Positions 38,279 through 49,990 of a stretch of DNA of 64,000 nt are shown piece after piece (positions within the stretch are counted from its first letter, which is position 1; the number at the start of each line of letters is the position of its first letter). The stretch spans positions 102,300,001 to 102,364,000 of the forward strand of contig NC_045696.1 of NCBI RefSeq assembly GCF_009834535.1, read 5' to 3'. The notes below the pieces were generated by a model. It was not told the origin of the DNA. It saw only the letters and a list, made by a program, of their open reading frames with translations, and made no database searches. This stretch comes from Camelus ferus (lineage: Eukaryota). A program made the translations under genes and the position numbers.

Positions 38279-40288
38279 TTCAGTGAAATAGATCAAATAG
38301 CTCTTTCTACTCAAAAAAATCAAAGGTTAGTCCTCACCAAAGTCCCTTTCTGGTTACCTGAAGGCCAAAAAGATCAGCATATGATAAATAGCTACCCATT
38401 TCCCCCCCTGGGTTAGAGAGAAGGGGTTCTTCTTGCCCAGAGGACACTAATTTTTGAAAAATCAGAGGTATTTTAAACACACTGCCTCTCCACTGTTGCT
38501 TTCCTTTCACGTGTTAACACGTCTGTCGTCTGAGCTGGTGGCTTCTGGCCTGACTCCCCTTCCCACCTGGAGAACCTAACAGCCAGGGCACTAAAGAAGT
38601 GTTTCCAGGGGCAGGCGTGGAGGGAAGGACTCTAAAGTTCTACAGACTGTGGTGTTCTCAGGAAAGGCTCTGCTCGAGCTTGAGCCAGGTGGCCCTGAGC
38701 TGTGCCCCCACCCCCACCCCACCCCCGACAGACAGAGGCTCACTCTCCTCCCGAGCAGAGGAAGTTCAAGCTCCGGGCCCCCACTTGCTCTGGCCCTACC
38801 AAGGTCCTGGGAAGAGCCTCAGCATTGTGTTCCCATGGTCCTATGTTTTTGTAAGATTTGCAAAAGGAATATATTTTAACCACTGTTGGGTATGATCGCT
38901 GTTTCTTTCCACCACAGCTTCCTGTCCATCATGCTTCTCCCCTGGTCAGTGGGCTCTGGAGTGGCCCTGGGCGTCTGGGGGATCCAACTAAGGGAAAGCC
39001 AGATTGGGAGTGCATTTAGTTTCTCTCTAGGGGGATGCGTCTGTGTGGTCTGCAGTCACTTCTGTGTGTGGGCAAGTCACTTCTGGTCATCCTCCTGCAG
39101 GAATAGTGCCACAAGGTTTGATCAAAGATGAACAGGTCCTGTGGCGCCTGGCTTCACAAGTCTGTGCGTAGTGGAGGAAAAAACAAGGCTTGAAATGCAC
39201 TGAGCCAGAAGCTAGTCTATGGATAATCCTTCCAACTATGAGATGTGGAAAATTCAAAGTGGAAGACTCCATTCTCACCGATGCCCTTTCAAAATGGAAA
39301 TCAGGGATACGGATATTCAGTGATGCAGCATATACCCAATAAGCATAATGGGCATTGTTTCTGAGAATTGCATGAAATGAGATTTATCAGAAATCTTGTC
39401 TTCTCAGGGTATTAAGCTTTAGCAGTACTGCACACAGCAAGCGTGTCTGTGTGTAAGGAAGCATGCTTTAATGCCTCCCAGTTATTAATAATTCTGATCA
39501 GTCTTGCTGGAAGAAAAGACTACCTTATCTGCCTATTCTCTCTTATATAAAACCATTATCATATAAAGTATGCAGGCAAAACTTATGAGGAAAAAGTTAT
39601 TTTAGAGACATGTCAGGCAGTAAATTAATTAGAACATTATGTATTTTATAGACTTTGAGATGTCGATTGCATTTGCCAGATTTTAAACTTATGAAGTGTT
39701 TTATAATTCATTTTCTCTTTCTAAAGAGTCACTCTCATACCTAATTTTGTATTTGTATTTTTGTATTAATTTTCTTAAAGAGAGCCCCCCAAATTGTGTA
39801 AGCCTCAGACCCCACAAAGCTGGATACTCCCTAGCGAAAGCTTCCATGAGCATCTGGACAAAGGACCTATTTTCTTCTGTCTTGGGGAGCCTGCTCCAGC
39901 CTGGGCCCCCCCCCCCCGCCTCCCAGAGCAGTTTGTTCAGTGATCCCGCGGGGGTAGCAGGTGGCCTTCCTCCAGGATCCTGTTTCCCTGGGAGCCTTTT
40001 TCTGCGGGCTCCTGGCCCAGGTTCTCAGGCTCCTGGTCTTGCCGAGGAAAGACAACAACGAGGAACAGCTGCTGGTGCTTGATCTCACCAGCTGTGCTGA
40101 GGCCCAGATGTACAAGTTTTCATTTTTGCCGTAAATCCATCTGAAGTTCTTTTGATTCAGGGAGAGGTGGGCTGGTTTTCTGCCAAACCTTTCCTCTGTT
40201 TCGTATTTGGGTCGGGTGATCTGACAAATGAGACTGTCTTGTCTCACCCGCGGCAAGGCCGTGACCACTTTTCTGTTCTCTTTTACAG

Positions 40289-40340
40289 AGTGGGTGTGGA
40301 CCTGGATGAAGATCGGAAGGAGGAGCCCTCCTCACACCAG
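40289..40340 (+). CDS. SLC9A9: SLC9A9/NHE9 internal coding exon (human exon 13 equivalent), 52 bp, (R)VGVDLDEDRKEEPSSHQ
   Basis: Acceptor ttttctgttctcttttacag|, donor CAG|gcaagt. 1+17x3 nt, ending in phase 0. Peptide matches recalled human NHE9 RVGVDLDENLKEDPSSQHQ. Confidence 0.95.
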
Positions 40341-40346
40341 GCAAGT
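40341..40346 (+). other. SLC9A9: Non-canonical GC 5' splice site (U2-type GC-AG intron)
   Basis: CAG|GCAAGT matches consensus at every other position, as is typical of GC donors. It is the boundary that keeps frame with the next exon. Confidence 0.85.
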
Positions 40347-40569
40347 CAAAGAGGCCGATGCATAGAGTTTATAGAGGCTGGAGATGTTCTGTTCCATGGC
40401 TGAGGGGCTCATTCTAAAGGGAGGGCTGCCTCTGCAGATAAAACAAATCAGACGGCTGAAATATATGTGAGACTTACAAGGTGTCGATAACCTTTGCGTA
40501 AAATTTAGAGAGCTTAGAACTAGCATACACGTGTGCCCTCCTCGTGGCAACAGGAAGCCTGAAAGCTCT

Positions 40570-40670
40570 GCAGTGCAGGAGCAAAGGCACAGCTCTTGGA
40601 ATCAGGCAGCCTGGATTCAAACCCCTGCCCAGCGACTTGCTGGCTTGGCCGTCTCAGTGAAATTTACTTG
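40570..40670 (+). mobile_element. MIR 5' fragment
   Basis: gctcttggaatcaggcagcctggattcaaacccctgcc. Confidence 0.65.
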
Positions 40671-41789
40671 ATGCCTGTTGCACGCATGTTAGGCACGCAA
40701 CAGGGCCTGCTTCTCCTGCGTGACTTCTCATGTATCAGGTCTAGGGGTAGAGAAATACAGAAACACTGAAAAATCTGCAAAAGCACAGCCGGAAAATCCT
40801 TAGGGAAAATTGTTCAGAACAACGTGCGATCGCCTTAAGTGAGGGAAGTGTATTCTCCAAACTCTGGTCTTGAATCTAACATCAGAGTAAAGCCCGTCAT
40901 CGGCAATTTTGCTCTAGTCATTTTTAATTCAGTACTTAAAGCAAACAATTGTGTAAAAATGTTGCACCTTTTGCTGAAATCACAGGGAGACAGACATGCC
41001 GGAACGACGTTGTAAGTAAGCGACGCTGCTTAATGACTTGTGGTTCTGATCACATCTGGATTTGAGGAGGAGCCATCTCTCTTTTATTTCTTGCTTTTTC
41101 CCTCCAATGCCCAATGAGGTGCAGCTGATTAGTGCCACTGGGCAAGATACTGCTGCTTTCCTGGTTCACGTAAAGGAAGGATGCTACGCTCTACAAAAAG
41201 GGCTGCAAAATTAAGTTGGCGACGATCCTGGCTCTTATGTACTTTGAATTTTTTTGTCACATGTGTTCCAAGGCCAGCCTGGTGCTGTTTTCACAGACTT
41301 TATTGCCCAGGAAAGACACCTAACTGCAGGACCGAGCCCAGCAGGAGTGTCAGCGAACTGGGATTAGGGCCAGAGCAGTGACCTTAAAAAAGAGATCAAA
41401 GCCCATCTCCTTATACTGGTGGGCACTAATGAGTGGTTAGGAAGGGCTGGTGGTAGCCCTGGCGATTTTTACAAAGCATTTTATCTCCCATAGGTCAACA
41501 AATCCATCCTCCTACTTTCAGGCAGGACTTTTATCTAAATTGTATCCTTCTCTTACATCTTTTTCTTTAAAAGAAAAAAGACAGAAAAAGAAAACTCATC
41601 AAAGAAAATTTATCATCTTCCTCTAACTGCCTAATATTTTACAATCACATATAATTATGTGCTAGCCTAACTTTTTTCTTTTATAATTTAAAAGTATTTT
41701 ATTTTAGCTCACTCACACCTTTGTCAATTCAGTAATAACTCTTACCTGAAGATACGTAAACCAGTAGAAAGTATTTTTTTGTTGTTAGA

Positions 41790-42165
41790 GAAGTGAAATA
41801 GTACAACATATTACAGTGAAAACTACGTGGTGTTTGGATCATGGGCAAGTGCTTTACATCTTTGGATCTCAATTTTCCTATCTGTAAAATGTAAATGATA
41901 ATAACATCTACTTCTCCAGGTGGTTATAACAATCAAGCCAAATTATGTTTATGAAAACTGGGCAGTAAATTAATCAGAATATCGTGTATTTTATAGATTT
42001 TGAGATATTTGTTACATTCACCAGATTTTAATTAATCAAACTTAACTAATTTTGTTAAAACAATCTTATGAAGGATTTGGTGAAGCAGCTTACACTACCA
42101 CATATAAAAAATAGTAAAATTTTTTAAGAATTGTAAAATTCAGTAAAAAAAAAATAATAATAATT
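41790..42165 (+). mobile_element. MIR apparently split by an insert beginning at 41961
   Basis: tcatgggcaagtgctttacatctttggatctcaattttcctatctgtaaaatg..; a tail-like ttgtaaaattcagtaaaaaaaaaataataataatt follows the insert. Confidence 0.6.
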
Positions 42166-43479
42166 AATAAGAGCAGAAAGTCAAAACCAGAGGAATAAAA
42201 AGGATCGTGAATAAGCAGCTCATAAGGTCCTATATGCTTGCTAGGGTTGAACCACAAGTAAGCTTTCTGGTAGCCAAAGTCGGGAGAAAAATCAGTGATA
42301 CACTAAATTATTATCATTAGAGGGAAAAATTATACTGTCTCCTTAAGCTGTGCAAAACTTCACAGGCTACAGTGTTTCAAAAGAAATTTCTCACTTGGGG
42401 CTTCCTGGAGAGGACGAGTTGAGATTCCTTGTGATCATTTGCACGGTTCCTACTGATCTGCTGCTGCTTAAAAAACACTTTTATTTTTAAGAAGCATCCT
42501 GCAAGTGTTCTTATTCATGATATTGACCACATGTTAGAAAGAGGTTTTCTCCACACCTTGGAATAGTTCTTATTTTCAATGCCAAGTACAGGAAACAGTG
42601 GGCTCAGGCCAGAAGTAACAAACCACAGTGTCCATGCAGCTGCCCCTCAGCCTGGACAGACAGGTTTTTTTGGTACTTTCCAAACCGTGAGTCAAGAACC
42701 TCTCTGCCCTCATTTTGCCTGACAGCTTGTTGCTTATTATCAGCATCTGTTGCTCTGACTACAGAGCACAAACCTAATTCTTAGCAGGATTGCATTTTCC
42801 CACTCCGTTTGCATTTATTAAACTGGCCTTGCGTTAACAAATAGGATAATCTTTGCACTGGTCGACCTCTAAAAAACAAAAGACTTTCTTCTTACTTAAC
42901 AAAAAAACTTCTACAGATAATTACAGCAATTACTGATAGACACTCTCAAAATCAATAATACCCGTATGTAATGACATGTACATATTTTTGAAGGAATCTC
43001 CCATTTCTGTGTTTATGGAGAATAAAATAACCTTTGGGAAATATGAACTGGTGGCTGTGACTATCTAGCAATCTCATGATTTTCCTTTTTGCCTTGTCAC
43101 ACCTTGAAAGTGTGACATATTACGCTGTTACTTGTACCAGACCCAGAAGCTTTAAAAAGCATGTTCCACATGCAGGTATCAAACTGCAAATACATGCTCC
43201 ATGCAAATGTGCCACTTGGAGAAATGGAAGGTATTGCAGTTGTGAATTTTTATGTCTCTTAAATGTAAGCAAACAAACAAACCACCCTCAGACACCCTCT
43301 GCCCCACGTTTTCCGTATAGTCGATTCTGGGTCCTTGGAAGCCAGCATTACAGAGAAGGTGAGAGTCGCTGGAGCGTCACTCCCGCCTTAATCTTTCAGT
43401 AGAAAATGCCTGCCACCCAAGAAGGGCTGCCACTCTTGCTTCTCTTTTTCCTTTCTTGCCATGTTTCAAGATCATCCTA

Positions 43480-43685
43480 ATATTTGTGGAGTAGTGAGTA
43501 CTGTTAACACTGTTCTCAGCACCTTACCTGTATTAACTCATTTATCTTCCGAGGTAAACCTATGAGTGGGCACTATTATTATGCTTATATTTCAAATAAA
43601 GAAACTGTATACAGAGAAGATAAATAACTTGCCCAGAAGAGGTGAAATTTGAACCCAGACAATCCGGGTCCAGATCGTCCACTTT
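43480..43685 (-). mobile_element. MIR
   Basis: gtattaactcatttatcttc..aaagaaactgtatacagagaagataaataacttgccca..atttgaacccagac. Confidence 0.85.
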
Positions 43686-43699
43686 TACCTGGCGTGCGT

Positions 43700-44230
43700 G
43701 CATGCATTCATTCATGCATTCATTCATACAGCGTCCATGTCAGGCACTACTCCAAGTGTGAGGAGGATGCAGCAGTTACCAATTCAAAGTCTTCGCCCTC
43801 ACAGAGCTTACACTCTAATGCAGGATGCTGAGAAGAAAAAGTAAACAGCTACATAGTCTTAAGTTCAGAGAGTGGTAACAATGAAGCAGGTAAGAAGATG
43901 GAGAACAATGGAGGAGAGGCTGTTGGCTGGCCAAGGCAGTCCTCTGTGAGGAAGTGGCATTTGATGGGAGTCCTGAACGATGTACAGAAGTGAGATGTGC
44001 ATCTGGCCTCTGGGGTGAAAATGGTCCAGGCAGATGGAACTGCAGGGATGATGGCCCTGGTGTTGCAGTGGGTTGTGTGTGCTCCACGTGCTGCAGGAAG
44101 GCCAATGTGGCTGGAGCCGAGTGAGTGAGGTGGGAGTGGGTGGAGGTGATGTGGGGGAGACTGAGAGGGGCCAGATCACTGGCCATGGTGGTGAGTTTGA
44201 TTTCATTCCACGTGTGATGGAGGCAAGAAC
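43700..44230 (-). mobile_element. L2a 3' region
   Basis: cattcattcat..gccctcacagagcttacactctaatg..aggaaggccaatgtggctggagc..gggccagatcac. Confidence 0.85.
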
Positions 44231-45284
44231 TCTCGTCGCAGCTCTGGAGCTTGGAAATAATGGAATCACCCCTTTTTAAAAACTCCTTTTTCTTCCATCT
44301 CCACTCTGCCAACTGTTACAATGAGGTTAATTTTTATCTTTTCTGCCATAATTTTACTTTTAACCGTATGCTGGCTTCTCTATGTGCTCCCTTAAAGCTA
44401 ACTTCCAATTTTATTTTTGCTTCCGGAAGTCCCTTTGTTGAAATTCTAGTTTTGCTTGTCACTTGTGCTTGTGTGTAACCTGGGTGGATCAGTTCTGGTC
44501 ACTGCAGCTCAAGAAAGTCAAAGCAAAGCTAAGAAAGGTCCAGAGGAGGGCAGCTTCCATGAGTAGAGGGAGATGAAAAGAATTAGGATTTCTCCAGCAG
44601 AGAGCCCAGCACTAAGAAGGGATACAGCAAAGTGTCTGTAAAAATATGAAGTGTGTGAGTCAGGTGAATGGAGACTTGTTTGCCAAATCCAAGAAAACCA
44701 TAACCTGGAGTACCCTTAAAACCTGAAGGAGCCCATTTGGAGGAGAATAAAGTATTTGTTCTTCTGTACAATTGATACTTATAGTCATCTAGAGTGGCAA
44801 GGGCTGGGGAGACAAGTGGGTTCAGGAAGGGAAGAGATTACTTAGCAAATAGTCAGGTCATCTAGTCTTTAAATAAAATTTAATTTCTCTTTGTGAATAT
44901 TTCAAATATTTCTGACAAACTTACGGAAAACAGAATAAAGATTCCCACATATATGACCTCAGATTTAACAATCATTAATATTTTTTCATACTCGTCCCTA
45001 AGCTGTTGGAGTTGGCCTCATAGGATGTAAATTCCACACTAGACCCCTACAAATATTTCAGAAATAGAATCCTAGGCTTTAAAATTGATCTGACCTAGAT
45101 GAGGGTTTGTTTTTTTTTTATGTTGTTGCAACTAATAGTACTTCGAGAAAATGGAATGACTATTTCAGAGCAAATATCTTGGGTTTTCCCTTGGCCAACA
45201 CTGAATTTATTGGGGTTATATTTACTTGTGGCTTATACACCCAAAAGTATACACCCTCTTCACTACATTTTTACTGCTTAGGAC

Positions 45285-45287
<3 letters not shown>

Positions 45288-45360
<73 letters not shown>
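45288..45360. repeat. (TA)n microsatellite, >30 units
   Basis: Directly visible. Confidence 0.97.
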
Positions 45361-45419
45361 CTCTTACCTTCAGATTCTACAATTACACGCTCTAGAAAAT
45401 AGAAATAATCATGAGGAAG

Positions 45420-45640
45420 AGGAAGTGGAGGAAGACAGCAGCTACAATTTAGCAAACACTTTTTATACATTAGATGTCATATATAAAATCATATTTAATT
45501 TTTACCTTGACCAACCAAGATACCAGTTACGAACCTCATTTTGTAAATGATGAAATTAAAATTCAAAGAATTAAAGTAACTTTCCCAAGACAACAACACC
45601 AAAAACTTCCAGCCACTTCAACAACACCTAAACTCCAATG
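45420..45640 (-). mobile_element. MIR
   Basis: cctcattttgtaaatgatgaaattaaaattcaaagaattaaagtaactttcccaag. Confidence 0.7.
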
Positions 45641-46446
45641 TCTAGTTCCCCAACTCTGTGAGACTGTTGCTCGCTGCTTGCACTGTTCTCTGCTTGACTG
45701 CACTTCCTTGCACTACAACTGGGGAAGGGCCTCCAGGCAGAAAGAAACAAGAATATAGGGCTCACCTCGTTTCTTTGCCTTCTCTCAAGGATCACAGTCT
45801 TTTGCTGCCTGTTACCCAACACCTGAACTCTATCATATATTTATGATATCAATTATTTTATCATGGCCAGCCAGTATGTACTTTGCAGTAGTTTTCTAGG
45901 GGGAAACATCGTTTTGTTTTGTTTTCAGACAAAAACATAATACAGTATACTCACATCATAAGTCTAAACATATGACTCACTTTTGCTATGGCATTTGTGG
46001 TTTGGGGCACTGTCACTGGAGGATAGCATGAGCTGGGTGGGATCTACCATTTTCCATTAGGTGGTTGTGTATATGGGTGCATGTGTACGTGTGTGTGTGT
46101 GCATATATATAAAAGAGCACAATAGCTAAATTATGCTGTAAATCAGGCATTAGTTAAGAATACTGTGAAACAGGTATAGTGAGATGATATGAACTTGCTC
46201 CTGCCTGTAATCTGGTCCCTCATTGTATGTCTTGGTATTCAATCTGCAATCAGTAACATGGTATACTTGACCTAGGATAATTTTTTATGTACTTTTAAGG
46301 GGAAAATATGTCTTCTATACCACAAATATGTTACCTTTACAAATACACTTTGTAAACTACAAAGAGTTACTCCTCACCATTTTATTATCTCTTCCCAATT
46401 CCCACTCCAATACCTTATCTAGAACTTATGATTCTAGTATATAGTA

Positions 46447-46983
46447 GTATCAGCCTCCTATTGCTGTGTAACAAATTATCCCCAAAATTAGTGGCTTAAA
46501 ATAACCAACATTTGTTTTCTCAGTTTCTATGGGTCAGGAATTTGAAAGCAAATTAGCTGAGTGTTTCTGACTCAAGGTCTCTTGTGAGGTTGCAGTCAGG
46601 ATGTCAGCCAGAATTACAGTCATCTGAATGCTCGACTGAGGCTGAAGGATCCACTTCCACGATGACAGGAGGCCTCAGCTCCTTGTTGACTATTGGCAGA
46701 GAGACTCAATTTATTACCACATGGATCTCTTCCTAGAGTTGTTTGTCTCCTCACAACATGTAACTAACTTCCCTCATGTGGTCCAAGACAGACAGACGGC
46801 AAGGAGGAAACCACAGTGCTTTTCTGTGACCTAGTCTTGGATATCACCATCACTTCTGCCCCATTCTGTTATTAAAAATGAGTCACTAAGTACAGTCCAC
46901 ACTCAATAGGAAGGGAAATTAGTCTCCATCTTTTAAAGGAAGACATATCAAATAATTTGTGAATGTACATTTTTTAATCACCA
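46447..46983 (-). mobile_element. MLT1F/G-like MaLR solo LTR
   Basis: tattgctgtgtaacaaattatccccaaaattagtggcttaaaataac..tgggtcaggaattt..ggctgaaggatccacttcca..catcacttctgcc. Confidence 0.85.
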
Positions 46984-49479
46984 AAATATCATGTTATATT
47001 TACATGAACCAAAAAATTTATTTTTCCATGGATTAACTTGGATTTCTTGAATGGACAAAGTTACTTGAACCAGGCCTTTTGATGGGGAGCTGAGGGTGGT
47101 GGAGGGTAGCTAAACCATGAGTTTAGCCCATCTGTAGTACATCTGTGACGTCTGTGATGTCCACATGTCCTCTTGACAGTTTTACCCATCCTTATCTAGT
47201 TGTTTTCTTCATTTTTTTCTCTGTAAGCATTTATTATCTGACCATACCTTCTTGGGAACATTTATGAGTTTATCATGGCATGAGGAAGGTGAGAATATTT
47301 GTATAAAATACTATTTATATGGAGGCTAAGGATTAATTTTACCTTTTAAAACATAAATCCTAAAGAATTCCTATTGACTCTTAATTATATTATGTTTTCC
47401 CTCTTCAAAATCCAGACATTTTTCTCTTTAGGGGAACAGAATCTGGTCCTCTATTTGATAATCAGAAAATCAAGGCAATAAACTTGAAGTTATTCCACGA
47501 ACACATTCCAAACTGGGGGAGATGGCAGGGCAAAAGTACTGCTATCAAATTCCATTCACACTCACTACTTGAAAAAGTGCTCTGGAACCCATAAGGAACT
47601 CTACAGATTTGTTACGTTAATTATTTGTCTTTGTCATCATTCTGTGTAACTTCCGTTGACATTAGTATTGAATATGAAAGGTTGAGAAATAGAAAGGAAA
47701 ATCTTGGCTCTCTTAATCCTTTGAATCCCCCTGAAATGAGGAGCAATCCCATATGATTATCCCAGAGCAGAGTTCATCCAGTTCACTTAGCAAAGTCCCC
47801 TCATTTGAATATTGATAGAGGAATGTATTTACATTTGCTCAGTTCTTTTTCATTAAGGTTAATACAAGACATCCCCTCTTGCTTTAGTGTCTGGTTTTCA
47901 CAGATTTCTGGCCAGAGCCTCTTGTTTTCTCCCAGGGGTCCAAAAAAGTCTAAAACAAAGAGTCCCCTCATAATTTTCCTGTTGCTGTCTCTCTGGGGTG
48001 GTGCTAAGAGTGAGGGGTCACTTGAAAGACACCTACTCACTCCCTGCTGCACCCAGTCACTTCCCAGCCTCTGGCCTATTCCTTTGTTTAAGGAGAAAAG
48101 GGAAAGACATCAAATGCCCCAGTCACTTTTACATTTTCCCAGAAATAGAGGCTAATAAAAGAACCAGAAATTGCACATATATCAAGCACTCTGCTTCTTA
48201 GAAGTATCAAGGGCAAATAAAAGCTAAGATTCAATGCCCTTGAATCGCCAGTTCCCATGCACAGCTGTGAAACAGGAGGCTCCGAGTTGGAAAGTGTATC
48301 ATTATTATTAAATGGTTAATGGTAGAGAGTCAGAGCTCAAATCTTGGTCATCAGTTTCTGGATCTTCTGCTTGTTTTAACATGGACACAACCTCCCCTCT
48401 GGGATCACAGAACTCAAAAGAGAAGATATATTGCTAGTGATAAAGAAAATATCACCAAGTTCCAGATTCTACTGCTGATGACTGCACACATCCATTGTCC
48501 TTGGGTGTGGGCTGATCTCTGCTTCAGAATAATCCAGGCACATTGATGCTACCTGCTGTCCTCGGCCCACTGGGCCCCCCCGGGGGCCTGCCCTCTGTGC
48601 TGCCTCATCAGAGACCTTCCCCGTTCCAGGGTGACTGCAGAGGCTGGCCTTCCTTTGGCACATTTATCTTCAGCCCCCAGTGAACAAGCAGAGCACACAG
48701 TGGACTAACTCATTTATTTCTACTCATTTATTGATGGCCTTTCATAACCGAGTTATTAAGTCATCAATAACTTCAGAGAAATAAATGAATGGATCCAGAA
48801 CTGGGCCGACAGATCTTTAAGACATACACTGAACATTTTATCTAAGATCAGCAGAAAAGTCAATGCTGGGTCATCAGTGGTATTTCCCTCACCTGGAAAA
48901 ACATGTTCTATGTTTTATTCTAATTGGAACCTAGTTTATCTCTCTACAAAGTAGAGAAATGAATAACATCTTCAGTCTCCTGAGTAAATTAAAGTTTGAA
49001 AAATAGATTACACATGTGACCATTTTTCCAAAATGCTACCTAGTATGTGTTGCTCTCATCAGCTGACAAAAAAAAAAAAAAACCCTGCAAGATTTACCAG
49101 AAATTTAGTATAAGCCCTTTCAGGAGTGCTTATAAGTTCTGATGCATCCCCCGTCAGGAGATAAAATAAAATTAAAGGGAGAGGGAAAAGGAAGAGAAAG
49201 GCAGTGAACGTTTCTAAGACCTTGGAAAAACCCCTGAAACTAAGAGTCTAGAGAAATTCCTAACACCAAAATTTCTGTAGGGACACTCAGCGAGCCGTCA
49301 GCAGCTCACCCAGCTGAGGGCAGCCATGCATTTCATTGTCTTGGGGTACAGGTCGCTGCTCTCTCTCACCCTCCATGAGCACTCCAGTATCCTGACCTCC
49401 CCTCCTGTTCAGATACCCATTTGCCCTAGTTTGCTCTTCACTGGTGCCCCATCTAAGATGACAGGAATCTTAGCTGCTG

Positions 49480-49990
49480 CTGAGAGGCCACAGGTGTGCC
49501 TGGAAACCTCTCTGTGCCCAGTTGCCTCAGTTTCCTCATCTGTAAAATAGGAATAATAATCTATGAAAAGCACTTAGAATAGTGTCTGGCACATGATACG
49601 TTCAAGAGGTGTTAGCTGTTATTGTTGTTGTCATTAATGAAAATACAGTATTTTCCATATGATTAGGACCTCAGAGACCAGCCAGTCCAATCTCCTTGAT
49701 TCATTTTACAGATGAGGAAAGTGCAGCCCAAGTAGCCTGTCGTACAATGTGTGTGCTTTCCCATTAAAGGCTCACTGAGACACTAGCAGAAAGAACAGCA
49801 TCTTTGGAGTCCTGCAGTCCTGCACCCAAATTCCAGCCCTGTAGCTCTCTAGTTGGGTGACTTTGGACTCATCTCCTCCCTTCTCGGGGCCTCTCTATGT
49901 CCTCACTTGCAAAACAGGTATGGCACAATCTACCTTGATGGATTATTGTGAAAACTGAAAAATAATGACTGAAAAAGTTAATGACTGGAT
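49480..49990 (+). mobile_element. Cluster of MIR fragments (+ ~49480-49635, - ~49700-49740, + ~49780-49990)
   Basis: gcctcagtttcctcatctgtaaaataggaataataat..cttagaatagtgtctggcacatg; cattttacagatgaggaaa. Confidence 0.75.

Noticed and set aside
40152-40403. 83 aa ORF as a stand-alone protein
   Set aside because: Only the central VGVDLDEDRKEEPSSHQ is real (the SLC9A9 exon). The rest is intron read in frame.
40996-41021. ATG CCG GAA CGA CGT T|GTAAGT as an alternative first coding exon
   Set aside because: The available donors give phase 1 or 2, but the next exon needs phase 0. There is no homology support.
41542-41550. GTATCCTTC, a second U12-like donor
   Set aside because: There is no upstream exon or acceptor context, and it is an imperfect match.
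43815-44312. 165 aa and 134 aa minus-strand ORFs
   Set aside because: Both lie inside a decayed L2 element.
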